The notes under the pieces are model-generated. The model saw only the letters and a program-made list of their open reading frames with translations. It searched no databases and was not told the DNA's origin. 64,000 nucleotides of DNA from Actinoallomurus sp. (GTDB taxonomy: Bacteria > Actinomycetota > Actinomycetes > Streptosporangiales > Streptosporangiaceae): NCBI GenBank assembly GCA_025964685.1, contig JAOPYG010000037.1, positions 12,742 through 76,741 of the forward strand. Reading direction: 5' to 3'. The position numbers and the translations under genes were made by a program. Of this stretch, positions 7,107 to 17,669 are shown piece by piece (position 1 is the first letter of the stretch; each line of letters begins with the position of its first letter).

Positions 7107-10100
7107 ATGAACAAGCCCAGCACCGCCGAGCACCGGTTCGCCTCGATCTTCTTCCGGCTGCTGATCTCGCTGTCCCTCGTGGCCGCCGCCGGCGCCTCGA
7201 TGCCGGCCGCCGCCGCACGTACGGAGACGGTTGGTGGCCAGGCCGCCGCCGTGCGGTCCGTCGACCCGGACGACTACATCTCCGGCTCGCCCGGGCCCGG
7301 CCGGTTCCCGCTCGTCTCCGCCGGCAGGGCCGTGCCCCTGGTGGTCGACGGCGGCGACTACCCGGGCGTGGTCCGGGTGGTCGACGACCTGCGTACCGAC
7401 CTCGAGAGCGTCACAGGTGTACCGGCCGCCGTCTCGACCGGCCGGATTCCGGCCGACCGCGAGATCGTGCTCATCGGCACCATCGGCAGGAGCCCGCTGA
7501 TCGACCGGCTGGTCTCCGCCGGAAGGCTGAACGTGACGTCTCCGATCCAATGCAGGGCGTACGCCGCGCGTTCGTCATCGCCGGCAGTGACCAGCGCGGC
7601 ACCATCTACGGCGCGTACGACGTCTCCAAACGGATCGGCGTGTCACCCTGGCACTGGTGGGACGACGTCCCGGCGCGTCACCGGACCTCTCTGTACGTGC
7701 TGCCCGGCCGCCACAGTCAGGGCACCCCGAAGGTGAAGTACCGCGGGTTCTTCATCAACGACGAGAACCCGGCGCTGGGTACCTGGGCGCCCGCCTACTT
7801 CGGGCCCGGCAAGGCCCCCGGATACCCGGGCGGCCTCAACCACGAGTACTACGCCAAGGTCTTCGAGACGATGCTCCGCCTGAAGGCCAACTACCTGTGG
7901 CCGGCGGTGTGGGGGAGGGCGTTCGCCGAGGACGACCCGCAGAACCACCAGACCGCGAAGGACTACGGCGTGGTGATGGGCACCTCGCACGAGGCGCCGA
8001 TGATGCGCGGCATCGAGGAGTGGAACCGGCACGCCGTCCCCGCGGTCCGCGACGCCGACGGGAACATCACCAAGCCGGGGCACGACCCGTACGGCGGCAC
8101 CGGCGAGTGGAGCTTCCGCCGGAACGCCGACGCGATCAAGGCGTACTGGACGGACGGTGTCCGCCGGATGGTCAAGGAGGACTTCGAGGGCGTGGTCACC
8201 CTCGGCATGCGCGGTAACGGCGACGTCAGCCTGCCGGACGGCGACGGCATCGACCTGATGAAGGAGATCATCGCCGCGCAGCGCGACATCCTGGTCAAGG
8301 AGACCGGCAAGGACGTCACGTCCATCCCGCAGGTCTGGACGCTCTACAAGGAGGTCCAGCGCTACTGGGACAAGGGCCTGCGCGTGCCCGACGACGTCAC
8401 CGTGGTGTTCACCGACGACAACTGGGGCAACCTCCGTAAGCTGCCCGACCGGCGGCTGCCGGCGCGCAGCGGCGGATACGGCCTCTACTACCACTTCGAC
8501 TACGTCGGTGGCGGCCGCAACTACAAGTGGGTCGACACCAACCTGCTGCCGAACATCTGGGACCAGCTGCACCAGACGTACGCGTACGGCGACTCGCGGC
8601 TGTGGGTCACGAACGTCGGCGACATGAAGAACGACGAGCTGCCGACGCAGTTCTTCCTCGACTACGCCTGGGACCCCGACCGCTGGCCGGCCGAGCGCCT
8701 GGCGGAGTGGGAGCGGCAGTACGCCGCGCAGAACTTCGGCCCGGAGCACGCCGCGGGCATCGCCGACGTCCTGCACACGTACGCCGGTCTGCAGTCGCGC
8801 CGTAAGCCGGAACTGCTGAACCGCCGTATCACCCTGGACCCGTCCAAGGACCCGGCCAAGGACTCCTCCGCGGTCGTCTATGACGACAAGGCGACCCCGT
8901 TCAGCCTGACGAACCACCGGGAGCTGGACACGGTCACCGATGAGTGGCGGCGCCTGGCCGCTCAGACGGAGCAGATCGGCAGGCTGCTCCCGAAGGCGTA
9001 CCAGGACGCCTACTACGAGCTCGTGCTCTACGAAGTAAAGGCGAGCGCCAATCTGTACGAACTGCGGGACGCGGAGTTCACCAACCTCCTCTACGCCGCG
9101 CAGGGCCGTGCCGCCACCAACCGCCTCGCGACCGAGACCGAGGCGAGGTTCGCCGAGGACCAGGCGATGTCGGCGCACTACAACGACACGCTCGCGGGCG
9201 GGAAGTGGAAGGGCTTCCAGACCCAGCCGCACATCGACTACGGCGACGTCGAGAGGTACGGGCCGAACGCGCCCTGGCAGCAGCCGGAGCTCAACAACGT
9301 CGCCCTGCCCGACGTCATCTTCCCGGCGGTCCGGCGCATCCAGCTCCCGGACCGGGCGGAGATGGGCGTGGCGATCGACGGATCCGACAAGTCATGGCCG
9401 GGGGAGACGGGGCCGGCGGTGTTGCCCGCCTTCAGCCCGTACCAGAGCGGACCGGCCCCGTACGTCGATGTCTTCGCCCGGGGGTCGCAGGCGTTCGACT
9501 ACCGGATCCGGTCGTCGGTGCCCTGGCTGACCGTCACGCCCGACCACGGCCACGTCGGCGACCAGGTACGCGGCACCCTGCGCGTCGACTGGTCCCGTGC
9601 CCCGCGTGGGACGACCAAGGTGCCGATCACCGTCTCCGGGCCGGGTGGCGTCGCCGTCCAGGTCACCGCCGTGATCCAGAATCCGGAACGGGCGCCGGCG
9701 GGCTTCCGCGGGTTCGTCGAGGCCGGCGGCTACGTGTCGATGGAGGCGGACCACTACACGCGCACGACCGGCTCAGGAGGCGCCGAGCCGGTGCGGTGGA
9801 CGCGCATCCCGGACATCGGCCGGACGGGCTCGGGCATGGAGCCGTTCCCGGTGACCGCGTCCAGCCGCCAGCCGGACGGCGACGACCCGCGCCTGGAGTA
9901 CGACCTGAGCCTGTCCACCACCGGACCGGTCAAAATCGGGGTGTACCTGTCACCACGGAACGACGTGCTGCCCACCGCCGGGCTCAGGTACGCGATCTCC
10001 GTGGACGACGAGGCACCGAAGATCGTCGACGTCACCGCCACCACCGGTGCGGACGCCACCGCGATGAACAAGCAGTGGGAGCGCAACACCTCCGACAACG

Positions 10101-10267
10101 TCAACCTCACCATGACCGATCACAACATCGACAAGCCCGGCCCGCACGTCCTCAAGATCTGGATGGTGGACCCGACGGTGGTGGTGCAGAAACTCGTCGT
10201 GGACACGGGAGGCCTGCGGCCGAGCTACCTGGGCCCACCGGAGAGCCGCCGGGCCGGCCGGTCGTGA
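7107..10267 (+). pseudogene. GH115 alpha-glucuronidase, secreted, frameshifted near 7538
   Basis: N-terminal ORF 7107 (signal peptide, LIGTIGRSPLIDRL) continues in another frame as VSDPMQGVRRAFVIAGSDQRGTIYG; GH115 motifs KYRGFFINDE, NYLWPAVW, GTSHEAPM, DDNWG, YYHFDYVG, NVGDMK. Confidence 0.85.
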
Positions 10268-10449
10268 GCGGGGCGCGCGTCAGGGGGGCGCCTTCCCCGG
10301 GCGCGGTCCGAACCTGGCCGGAAGTCGCGATCCGGCAGCGGTCACCGGCGGCCCGCCCTATTCTGCCCGGCATGACAGCTCCGGCCCCAGGGCGAGGCGT
10401 GCTCCGGCCCATGACCACCGACCGGTGCGAAACTGCAGCGCAGGACGGC

Positions 10450-10881
10450 ATGCGACGGACGGCGATCCTCGTCCCCGTCGTGCTGATGGCGGTCGCCGGC
10501 TGCAGTGGCGGAAACGACGACGGCGCGGCGCGCCGGTCGCCCGCTCCGCTGACGTCCTCTCCCGCCTCGCCGGCCCCCAGCGGCACGCCCTTCCCGTCCG
10601 CCGCCGACGGCACCGACCTCGCCAAGTGTCACAAGGGCGAATGCGAGGTCCTGGTCGCACCGGGCGACACGATCCGCCCGCCCCGCAGCGTGCGGATCGA
10701 CAAGCTGACCGTCAAGTCGATCACGAGCGATGGTGTCGCCGTCGTGGGCACATCGCCGGGGACCATGCTGTCCCTCAGCGGCCAGCGCGCCGGGTTCACG
10801 TCGCGTCTGAACACGCTGTCGATCACGACGGTCGCCTTCACCAAGGGCAAGGCCGTCCTCCGCTTGGTCCCCAAGTCCTAG
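10450..10881 (+). CDS. Hypothetical lipoprotein
   Basis: MRRTAILVPVVLMAVAGC lipobox, Pro/Ser linker, ADGTDLAKCHKGECEV. Confidence 0.7.
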   Translation: MRRTAILVPVVLMAVAGCSGGNDDGAARRSPAPLTSSPASPAPSGTPFPSAADGTDLAKCHKGECEVLVAPGDTIRPPRSVRIDKLTVKSITSDGVAVVGTSPGTMLSLSGQRAGFTSRLNTLSITTVAFTKGKAVLRLVPKS

Positions 10882-12101
10882 CCGGCTGAGTCGGTGTCCG
10901 GTTCTGCGGGAGTGGGGAACAGCCGGAGGCTGAGGAGCGACTTCATCAGGCCGTCGAGGGTGCGTGGGGTCCAGCCGGTGAGCTGGTGCCAGCGCTCCAG
11001 GCGGTAGGTGACCGTGTTGGGGTGGACGTGCAGCGCCCTGGCGGCGGCGGCCACGGAGAATCCGTTCTCCGCGTAGGCGCGGACCGCCGCGACGAGGTGG
11101 GCGGGCAGGGCGTCGCCACCCTGGTCGGCCTGGAGCAGGGGCGCCAGCTGGTGGCGGTGGGTGAGCAGCGTGGCGAACAACCAGTCGTTCTGGAAGTCGA
11201 CGGCCCCACCGCCCTGCGTGGCGAGGGCGAGCGTGCGTTCGGCGTCCACGATGCTCGCCGCGGCTCCGGCCAGGCCTCGCCGGCTCAGACCCACGCCGAT
11301 GGCCAGGTGCGGGCGGTGCTGATGGATCGTCTCGATGATGGCGTCGCTCGGCATGTCCTGGCACACGGTGATGGTCACGCTGCCCTGGTTGGCCGTCTGG
11401 ACGGTGCCCCGGTGCAGGGCGAGCCGCTGCTGGAGACGGCCGAGATCCTCCTCCGGCGATGACGTGGCGGGGACGCAGAACGCCTGGAAGATGCCATCGG
11501 GGTCGAAGGACAGTGCGCGCGCCAGGTGGGCGGCCTCTTCGGAGTGGGTCTCCCCACTGCGCAGGATCCGCAGGAAGCGGTGGGTCAAGTTGATCTGTAC
11601 GGCCTGCTGGGAGCGGAGTGTCTCGCTGTGGGCGTCCGCCGACGCACTGCTCGTCAGCCGCAGCCAGCTCCACATGAGGTTGACGAGGTTGATCAGCCGT
11701 GGGGCCGACTCCGGGTCGAGTGTGTTGGCCCTGTCGAGCAGCGTGTTCCATACCTCGCGGTAGCCGATGTGGAACCCGTCGAGCAGGATCTCGACGGGCA
11801 GCCCCTGCTCCGCACGACGACTGCCGAGTTCCCGGGCCTTCGCGGTCTGTTCCCGTGTCGGTAGCCGTCGCCCGGCCAGGCCCACGAGGAGCTGCTTGGT
11901 CTGCTCTTGGATGAAGCGCAGGTGCTCGTTCCAGGGGAGTGGCTCATAGACCGGGTGCTCGGCGCGGATGCTGGCCGTGATCGTGGCGGCGACGTCGGGC
12001 AGGTCGTCGGCCACGGCACGGCACAGCCTGCTGAGCGGCTCCCAGTCGGCGTCATCGGTGGCCGACGAATCACCCGACGGTGATCGCTTCGCGACCGCCA
12101 T
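10878..12101 (-). CDS. PucR/CdaR family transcriptional regulator
   Basis: N-terminal ARELGSRRAEQGLPVEILL; C-terminal HTH AAARALHVHPNTVTYRL. Confidence 0.9.
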   Translation of the reverse strand: MAVAKRSPSGDSSATDDADWEPLSRLCRAVADDLPDVAATITASIRAEHPVYEPLPWNEHLRFIQEQTKQLLVGLAGRRLPTREQTAKARELGSRRAEQGLPVEILLDGFHIGYREVWNTLLDRANTLDPESAPRLINLVNLMWSWLRLTSSASADAHSETLRSQQAVQINLTHRFLRILRSGETHSEEAAHLARALSFDPDGIFQAFCVPATSSPEEDLGRLQQRLALHRGTVQTANQGSVTITVCQDMPSDAIIETIHQHRPHLAIGVGLSRRGLAGAAASIVDAERTLALATQGGGAVDFQNDWLFATLLTHRHQLAPLLQADQGGDALPAHLVAAVRAYAENGFSVAAAARALHVHPNTVTYRLERWHQLTGWTPRTLDGLMKSLLSLRLFPTPAEPDTDSAG

Positions 12102-12541
12102 GGACTCTCCTGTGGTTTTCACGACTGGCGAGGGCGGTAATTCGTGGATCCGCGCCTAGTGCGGTGCCCGACCCGACGGTCACACTGGAGGTGAATCAAC
12201 GGGGGCCGGATTCGGCCGAGGCGGCGCCGTCAGAACGGCACACGCTGGACTGATCCGACAATACGCCACATGGGCGCGGGACCGACCGGGGGGACGGTAC
12301 CCGTGGGACGTGAAGGTGCGGGGGTGCGCCACGACGTATTGCGGGATCGGGGAGAGGAGCGATGGTGCGGTGATCGCTCTTTCGGCGGATCCATCAGCTG
12401 GGGAGTTCCTTCCGTGACCGAAGGGGACGGTCGGGAAGGAACTCCCCGGAGACACCCCGCGAACAGTCTTTGAGACGATGTGTCACCGTTGGCTCGCCGA
12501 ACTCAGGAGGTCCGGCGGTGACCGTCTTGTAGGGGGATGGC

Positions 12542-13474
12542 ATGCGGTCGGATTCGCTGTCGGATGAGGAACTGACGCGTACGGCACAGTCAGGGGACGC
12601 CGGGGCGCTGGGGCTCCTGCTGGCGCGGCACCAGGCGGGGATGCGCGCGGTGGCGCTGGGGGTCCTGGGTCACGCGCCGGCCGTGGACGACGTGGTGCAG
12701 GACGCGGCGCTGGTCGCGCTGCGGCGGATCGGCGATGTACGCGATCCCGCCGCGGTGGGCGCCTGGCTCCGGATGATCGTGCGCAACGCCTGCCGCATGC
12801 GTCTGCGCGCGCCCCGCGACGTGCCGCTGATCGATGAGTTCGCGCTGCCGTCCAGCGATCCGACTCCCGAGCGGGTGCTGGAGCATCACGCGCTGCGCGA
12901 CTGGGTCTGGCATGCCATGGAGGAGCTGTCCCCGCCGTTGCGGCTGGCCCTCATGCTCCGGCACTTCAGTGATGTCACCTCCTACGACGAGATCGCGGCG
13001 GCCTGTGAGGTGCCGGTCGGTACGGTCCGCAGCCGGCTCAGCCAGGCCAGGGCGAAGATGGCACAGGCTCTGCTCGCCACGGCCTCCTCGGCGCACGACG
13101 ACGCGGCGGCGTTGACCACGGCCCGCCATCGCGAGGGTCTGCACACGCTGGCGGCCGCCGAACAGGGTGCGTTCGCCGAGGTGGTGGCCGATCGCTACGC
13201 GCCGGAGGTTGTGCTCATCGGGGGAAGAGGTGAGCGGGGTGGTCGCGATCTTCTCCTCGGGGGCATGGAGTGCGATCTCGAAGCGGGAGTGCGCCAGCGG
13301 CTCGTGCACACGGTGGCCAGCCGGGACATCACCATCTGGGAGATGGACATGATCAGCCCGGCCGACGACCCTGAGCACTGCCCGCCGTCCCTGGTCTGGC
13401 TGGTGTCCCTCGACCAGGACCGGGTACGGCGTATTCGGTTGTTCCATCCCGGTGTGACGGCCGTCACGACGTAA
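12542..13474 (+). CDS. ECF RNA polymerase sigma factor with C-terminal SnoaL-like extension
   Basis: DDVVQDA region 2, SYDEIAAACEVPVGTVRSRLSQAR region 4, about 120-aa C-terminal extension. Confidence 0.88.
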   Translation: MRSDSLSDEELTRTAQSGDAGALGLLLARHQAGMRAVALGVLGHAPAVDDVVQDAALVALRRIGDVRDPAAVGAWLRMIVRNACRMRLRAPRDVPLIDEFALPSSDPTPERVLEHHALRDWVWHAMEELSPPLRLALMLRHFSDVTSYDEIAAACEVPVGTVRSRLSQARAKMAQALLATASSAHDDAAALTTARHREGLHTLAAAEQGAFAEVVADRYAPEVVLIGGRGERGGRDLLLGGMECDLEAGVRQRLVHTVASRDITIWEMDMISPADDPEHCPPSLVWLVSLDQDRVRRIRLFHPGVTAVTT

Positions 13475-13479
13475 GGATC

Positions 13480-13503
13480 GAACTTCTCCGTGCTCTCCGC
13501 ATC
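13480..13503 (+). promoter_or_regulatory. Putative ECF-type promoter of the hydrolase
   Basis: GAACTT-N13-GCATC right after the sigma gene stop. Confidence 0.35.
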
Positions 13504-13544
13504 ATGCGGGTGTCACGTACACCTGCTTCCCGATCGGAGATCAC

Positions 13545-14429
13545 ATGTCCACCCCTGACCCGCTGTCCCCGGGCACGCACACCGTCGAGATCGAGGGCGT
13601 CGTCCAGCGCTACCACGTGGCCGGGACCGGCCCCGTCTGCCTGGCGCACCCGGGCGGTCCCGGTGTCACGTGGGAGTACATGCGGATGCCCCTCGTCGAA
13701 GAGCGCCTGACCATGGTCTACATGGAGTCGATCGGCACCGGGGGATCGGGGCGCCTGACCACGCATCCGCACGGCTACACGCGCGAACGCTACGCGCGGG
13801 CCCTCGACGGGCTGATCGACCACCTCGGGGTCCCCCGGGTCCATCTCCTCGGCCACTCGCACGGCGGCTTCGTCGCGCAGTACTACGGGCTGAAGCGCGC
13901 CGACCGGCTCGCCGGGATCATCCTGTACGACAGCGCGCCACTGACCGGCCCCGAGCACTTCGCCGAGGCCGCCCGGAGGATGGACGAGTTCGCCCGCAAG
14001 AACGCCGGCAGGCCCGGGCTCCAGGACGTGCTGGACGCGTGGGAGTCGGTCCCCGGCCTGACCGATGACGAGGGCACCACGCGAGCGGTCCGCGGGCTGC
14101 TCCCGGCCTATCTCGCCGACTACTGGGGCCGGGCGGAGGAGTTCGCGCCGGCCCTGGCGTCGGTCAGCGCGGTGCACATCTCCGGCCTGGACGAGGACCT
14201 CACCCCGGACATCATCGACGACCGCGAGACGCTGGCGTTGATCACCACCCCGACCCTGGTGATCGTGGGCCGGCATGACGTCATCTGCGGGCCGCGCTGG
14301 GCGAGTGAACTGCACGACCGGATCCCGGGCTCGACGCTGGTCGTGCTGGAGGACAGCGGTCACTTCGGCCACCTGGAGGAGCCGGAGGCGTTCGCCCGCG
14401 CCGTCGCCGAGCTCACCGCGTCTCTGTGA
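13545..14429 (+). CDS. Alpha/beta hydrolase (proline iminopeptidase-like)
   Basis: HPGGPG oxyanion motif, GHSHGG nucleophile elbow, GRHD, SGH. Confidence 0.88.
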   Translation: MSTPDPLSPGTHTVEIEGVVQRYHVAGTGPVCLAHPGGPGVTWEYMRMPLVEERLTMVYMESIGTGGSGRLTTHPHGYTRERYARALDGLIDHLGVPRVHLLGHSHGGFVAQYYGLKRADRLAGIILYDSAPLTGPEHFAEAARRMDEFARKNAGRPGLQDVLDAWESVPGLTDDEGTTRAVRGLLPAYLADYWGRAEEFAPALASVSAVHISGLDEDLTPDIIDDRETLALITTPTLVIVGRHDVICGPRWASELHDRIPGSTLVVLEDSGHFGHLEEPEAFARAVAELTASL

Positions 14430-14444
14430 CCCCGGCGCCCTAGG

Positions 14445-14491
14445 CGACCGGCCCTGACCTGCGTGGGGGGCACGCAGGTCAGGGCCGGTCG
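14445..14491. terminator. Bidirectional terminator hairpin
   Basis: Perfect 21-bp stem CGACCGGCCCTGACCTGCGTG / CACGCAGGTCAGGGCCGGTCG with a 5-nt loop. Confidence 0.8.
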
Positions 14492-14581
14492 TCAGAGCCG
14501 TACGCGGTCGACGGTGCGCATCCGGGTGACCAGCATCCGGTTGAGAGGCGTCGGAATGCCGTGGCGCTCGCCCGCGCGTAC
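14492..14581 (-). pseudogene. C-terminal remnant of ketopantoate reductase (PanE/ApbA-like)
   Basis: VRAGERHGIPTPLNRML...stop, directly at the terminator. Confidence 0.5.
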
Positions 14582-14869
14582 GTCGTCCTCGGCGCGGGTG
14601 ACGGTCGCGGCCTCACGCAGGTGCCGCGGGCCGCCGGATCGAGCGCGATGTTCCACACCCGCCAGTGGCCGGCGGCGTCGCCAGGGCGGTGCGCCTGACG
14701 GGTCTCGGCTAGCCATTCGGCCATTTCGGATGGCGGAATTGGCGCCAATCAAACGTCCATATTTCGCCGAGACTGTCGGCTGGCCGTACTTCGCCGTGCG
14801 CCTCGGTCGCCGGGTCCGGCGTCGACCTCGGGGGTTTCGGGGCCCGCGGACGAGATCGGCCGTCACACC

Positions 14870-14885
14870 TCGTCCGTGTGCACGA
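14870..14885. promoter_or_regulatory. Putative PucR operator copy 1
   Basis: TCGTCCGTGTGCACGA upstream of the SBP gene. Confidence 0.55.
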
Positions 14886-14943
14886 AGACAGGCGGAAGCC
14901 GTGGGACCAGGCTGCGCCCCAGCGACTCCCCACTGGAGGCACG

Positions 14944-16545
14944 ATGAAATCCCTACTGATCGTCGCGGCGAGCGGCACGCTGACCCTGACCCTGACCCTG
15001 GTCGCCTGCGGCAGCGGTGGGAGCTCCGGGGGTGCCTCGGGCAGTCAGAACCTGGCCGACGGTAAGACGTTCACCATGGCGCTGGGCGGCGACCCCGGCA
15101 ACCTCGATCCGCACTTCACCTCCCTGTCGGTCACGATGGCGGCGGACCGGTTCCTGTACGACTCTCTGCTCAACATCGACGAGAAGGGCGGCCTGGTCGC
15201 CGGTCTCGCCGGCAAGTGGACAGGTACCACGACCAAGGCGACGTTCACCCTGCGCAAGGGGATCACCTGTTCCGACGGCACTCCGCTGACGGCCGGCGAC
15301 GTCGCGGCCAACATCAACTTCGTCGGCGACCCCAAGAACGCCTCGACGCGGGCCGGCGTGTTCGTACCGGCCGGCGCGAAGGCCACCGCCGATGACGCGG
15401 CCGGCACGGTGACCGTCACCTCCGCGACGGCGGACGCCTTCTTGACCCGCAACCTCGGCGAACTGCAGATCGTGTGCCGCCGGGGGATGAAGGATCGCCG
15501 GCTGCTCAAGCAGGGCGCCGACGGCACCGGGGTGTACACGCTGACGGAGGCGGTCTCCGGCGACCACTACACACTGACCCGGCGCAAGGACTACGCGTGG
15601 GGGCCGGGCGCCTGGACGACCGGCCAGCACGGGCTGCCGGACCGGGTCGTGTTCAAGATCGTGACCAATGAGACCACCGCCGCGAACCTGCTGCTCTCCC
15701 ACCAGGTGAACGCCGCGGCGCTGGTCGGGCCGGACAAGCAGCGCCTGAAGGCCACGAAGCTCTTCGAGCGCGACGCGTCCTTGCCTCTGGGCGAGCTCTG
15801 GTTCAACGAGAAGGCCGGTTTTCCCGGAGCGGACGAGGCGGTCCGGCGGGCGCTGACCCAGGCCCTGGATCTCGGGGAGCTCGGTCAGGTGGTGACCAGC
15901 GGCACCGGAAAGCCGGCGACCGGCCTGGTCGCGCTCGGAATGGGGCCGTGCAACCAGAACGCGATCGGTTCGAACCTGCCGACCCACGACGTGAACGTGG
16001 CCACGTCGGCGCTGGACGCGGCCGGCTGGACGGCCGGCGCGGACGGCGTGCGCGCGAAGGCCGGGCGGAAACTCTCCGTGGCGCTCTACTACCCCACCGC
16101 CGGCGGCCAGGGGATGCAGGCCGGCGCCGAACTGATGCAGAAGGTGTGGAAGAGCATCGGGGTGGACGTCACGCTCAAGGCCGTGACGGACACCGAGACG
16201 GGCACCCAGATCGCCGGCGGGCAGGCCGCGTGGAACGCCGCCATCCTCCCGCTCGGCCTCACGCTGCCCAGCGAAGCGGTGTCCTTCCTCTCCGGCCCGA
16301 CGCCCCCGGGCGGCAACAACTTCGCCGGCATCAAGAACGCCGAGTACACGGCCGGTGTCAAGGCGGCCTCGGCGATGGTCGGCACGGACGGCTGCGGAAA
16401 GTGGGCCGAGGCGGAGGCGGCGCTGTACCGGCACGTGGACCTGGTGCCGTTCGTCAACTCGGTCGTTCCGACCTTCGCGCAGGGAGCCCGCTTCGAGCTG
16501 AGCGAGGGCAGCGTGACGCCAGGTTCGATCCGCATGCTCGGCTGA
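14944..16545 (+). CDS. Peptide/nickel ABC transporter substrate-binding lipoprotein (family 5)
   Basis: Lipobox LVAC; DPGNLDP, LYDSL, FTLRKG..SDGTPLTAGDV. Confidence 0.9.
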   Translation: MKSLLIVAASGTLTLTLTLVACGSGGSSGGASGSQNLADGKTFTMALGGDPGNLDPHFTSLSVTMAADRFLYDSLLNIDEKGGLVAGLAGKWTGTTTKATFTLRKGITCSDGTPLTAGDVAANINFVGDPKNASTRAGVFVPAGAKATADDAAGTVTVTSATADAFLTRNLGELQIVCRRGMKDRRLLKQGADGTGVYTLTEAVSGDHYTLTRRKDYAWGPGAWTTGQHGLPDRVVFKIVTNETTAANLLLSHQVNAAALVGPDKQRLKATKLFERDASLPLGELWFNEKAGFPGADEAVRRALTQALDLGELGQVVTSGTGKPATGLVALGMGPCNQNAIGSNLPTHDVNVATSALDAAGWTAGADGVRAKAGRKLSVALYYPTAGGQGMQAGAELMQKVWKSIGVDVTLKAVTDTETGTQIAGGQAAWNAAILPLGLTLPSEAVSFLSGPTPPGGNNFAGIKNAEYTAGVKAASAMVGTDGCGKWAEAEAALYRHVDLVPFVNSVVPTFAQGARFELSEGSVTPGSIRMLG

Positions 16546-16590
16546 GCGGGCGGCACATCGGTGTCGGCGGACAGGTCGGTCCGGTCTCTG

Positions 16591-16606
16591 TCGTCCGTGC
16601 GGACGA
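16591..16606. promoter_or_regulatory. Putative PucR operator copy 2
   Basis: TCGTCCG-TG-CGGACGA perfect palindrome in the SBP-permease spacer. Confidence 0.6.
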
Positions 16607-16676
16607 ACACCCGCGCGCCGGGTGCAGGCACTATCGCGTTCAACCGGAGGAATCAGATGGGGCGGAGGCCGCATCC

Positions 16677-17666
16677 GTGACGAATGCCACTGCCGAGGTC
16701 CGTACGCTCCCGGGTCTGGACGGTGCCTGGACGCGCTTCGCCCTACGCCGCCTGGGCCGCCTGCTCGTCTCCGTGTGGGTGCTGGTCACCGCCGCCTTCC
16801 TGATGATCCACCTGATCCCGGGTGATCCGGTACGTGCGGCGCTGGGCACGACCGCGCCGCTCAGCCTGGTGCGGGCGCGCCGTGCCGCGCTCGGCCTGGA
16901 CGACCCGCTGGTGGTGCAGTACGCGCACTACCTGCGCGACCTGTTCGCCGGGCGGCTGGGGACCTCGATGACCTCGGGGCTGCCCGTCTCCCAGATCATC
17001 GGCGATCGGCTCCCGGCGACGCTGGGGGTCGCCGGGTACGCGTTCGCGCTGGCCATCGCCGTCTCGATTCCGCTGGGCCTGGTGATGGCGGTGCTGACCC
17101 GCGGCGGCCGCGGCCGGCCGGCCGAGCTGGCGTTCACCTCGACGAGCGTGGTGCTCGCGGCGATCCCGGAGTTCCTGCTGGCCGTGGGCCTGGTCTTCGT
17201 GTTCGGCGTTCACCTTGGCTGGGTGCCGGTCGCGGGCCGGTCCGGGCCGGACTCGTACGTTCTGCCGGTCCTGTCGCTCGCGGTCGGGCCGGCCGCGGTG
17301 CTCGCCCGGATCGTGCGTGTGGAGACGCTCGGGGTGCTGCAGGCCGACTTCATCCGCACCGTGCGTGCCAAGCGGCTGCCGGACCGGTTCATCTACCTCC
17401 GCCATGCGCTGCCCAACGCGCTGACGGCGACGATCACGCTCGGGGGCCTGCTGCTGAGCGCGATGGTCGCCGGCACGGTGCTGGTCGAGAACGTGTTCGC
17501 CTGGCCGGGGCTGGGCAGCACCATCGTCCAGTCGATCCTCGCCAAGGACTATCCGGTGGTCCAAGGCGTCGTGCTCGTCTACGGCGTCGGCGTGCTGGCG
17601 GTCAACCTCGCGGTCGACGTCGCCCTGGCCCTGCTCGATCCACGCTCGACGATCAGGGAGAGCTGA
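16677..17666 (+). CDS. Peptide ABC transporter permease (DppB-like)
   Basis: LIPGDP, LGLDDPL, ADFIRTVRAK, HALPNAL, VENVFAWPGLG, KDYPVVQG. Confidence 0.92.
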   Translation: MTNATAEVRTLPGLDGAWTRFALRRLGRLLVSVWVLVTAAFLMIHLIPGDPVRAALGTTAPLSLVRARRAALGLDDPLVVQYAHYLRDLFAGRLGTSMTSGLPVSQIIGDRLPATLGVAGYAFALAIAVSIPLGLVMAVLTRGGRGRPAELAFTSTSVVLAAIPEFLLAVGLVFVFGVHLGWVPVAGRSGPDSYVLPVLSLAVGPAAVLARIVRVETLGVLQADFIRTVRAKRLPDRFIYLRHALPNALTATITLGGLLLSAMVAGTVLVENVFAWPGLGSTIVQSILAKDYPVVQGVVLVYGVGVLAVNLAVDVALALLDPRSTIRES

Positions 17667-17669
17667 GCG

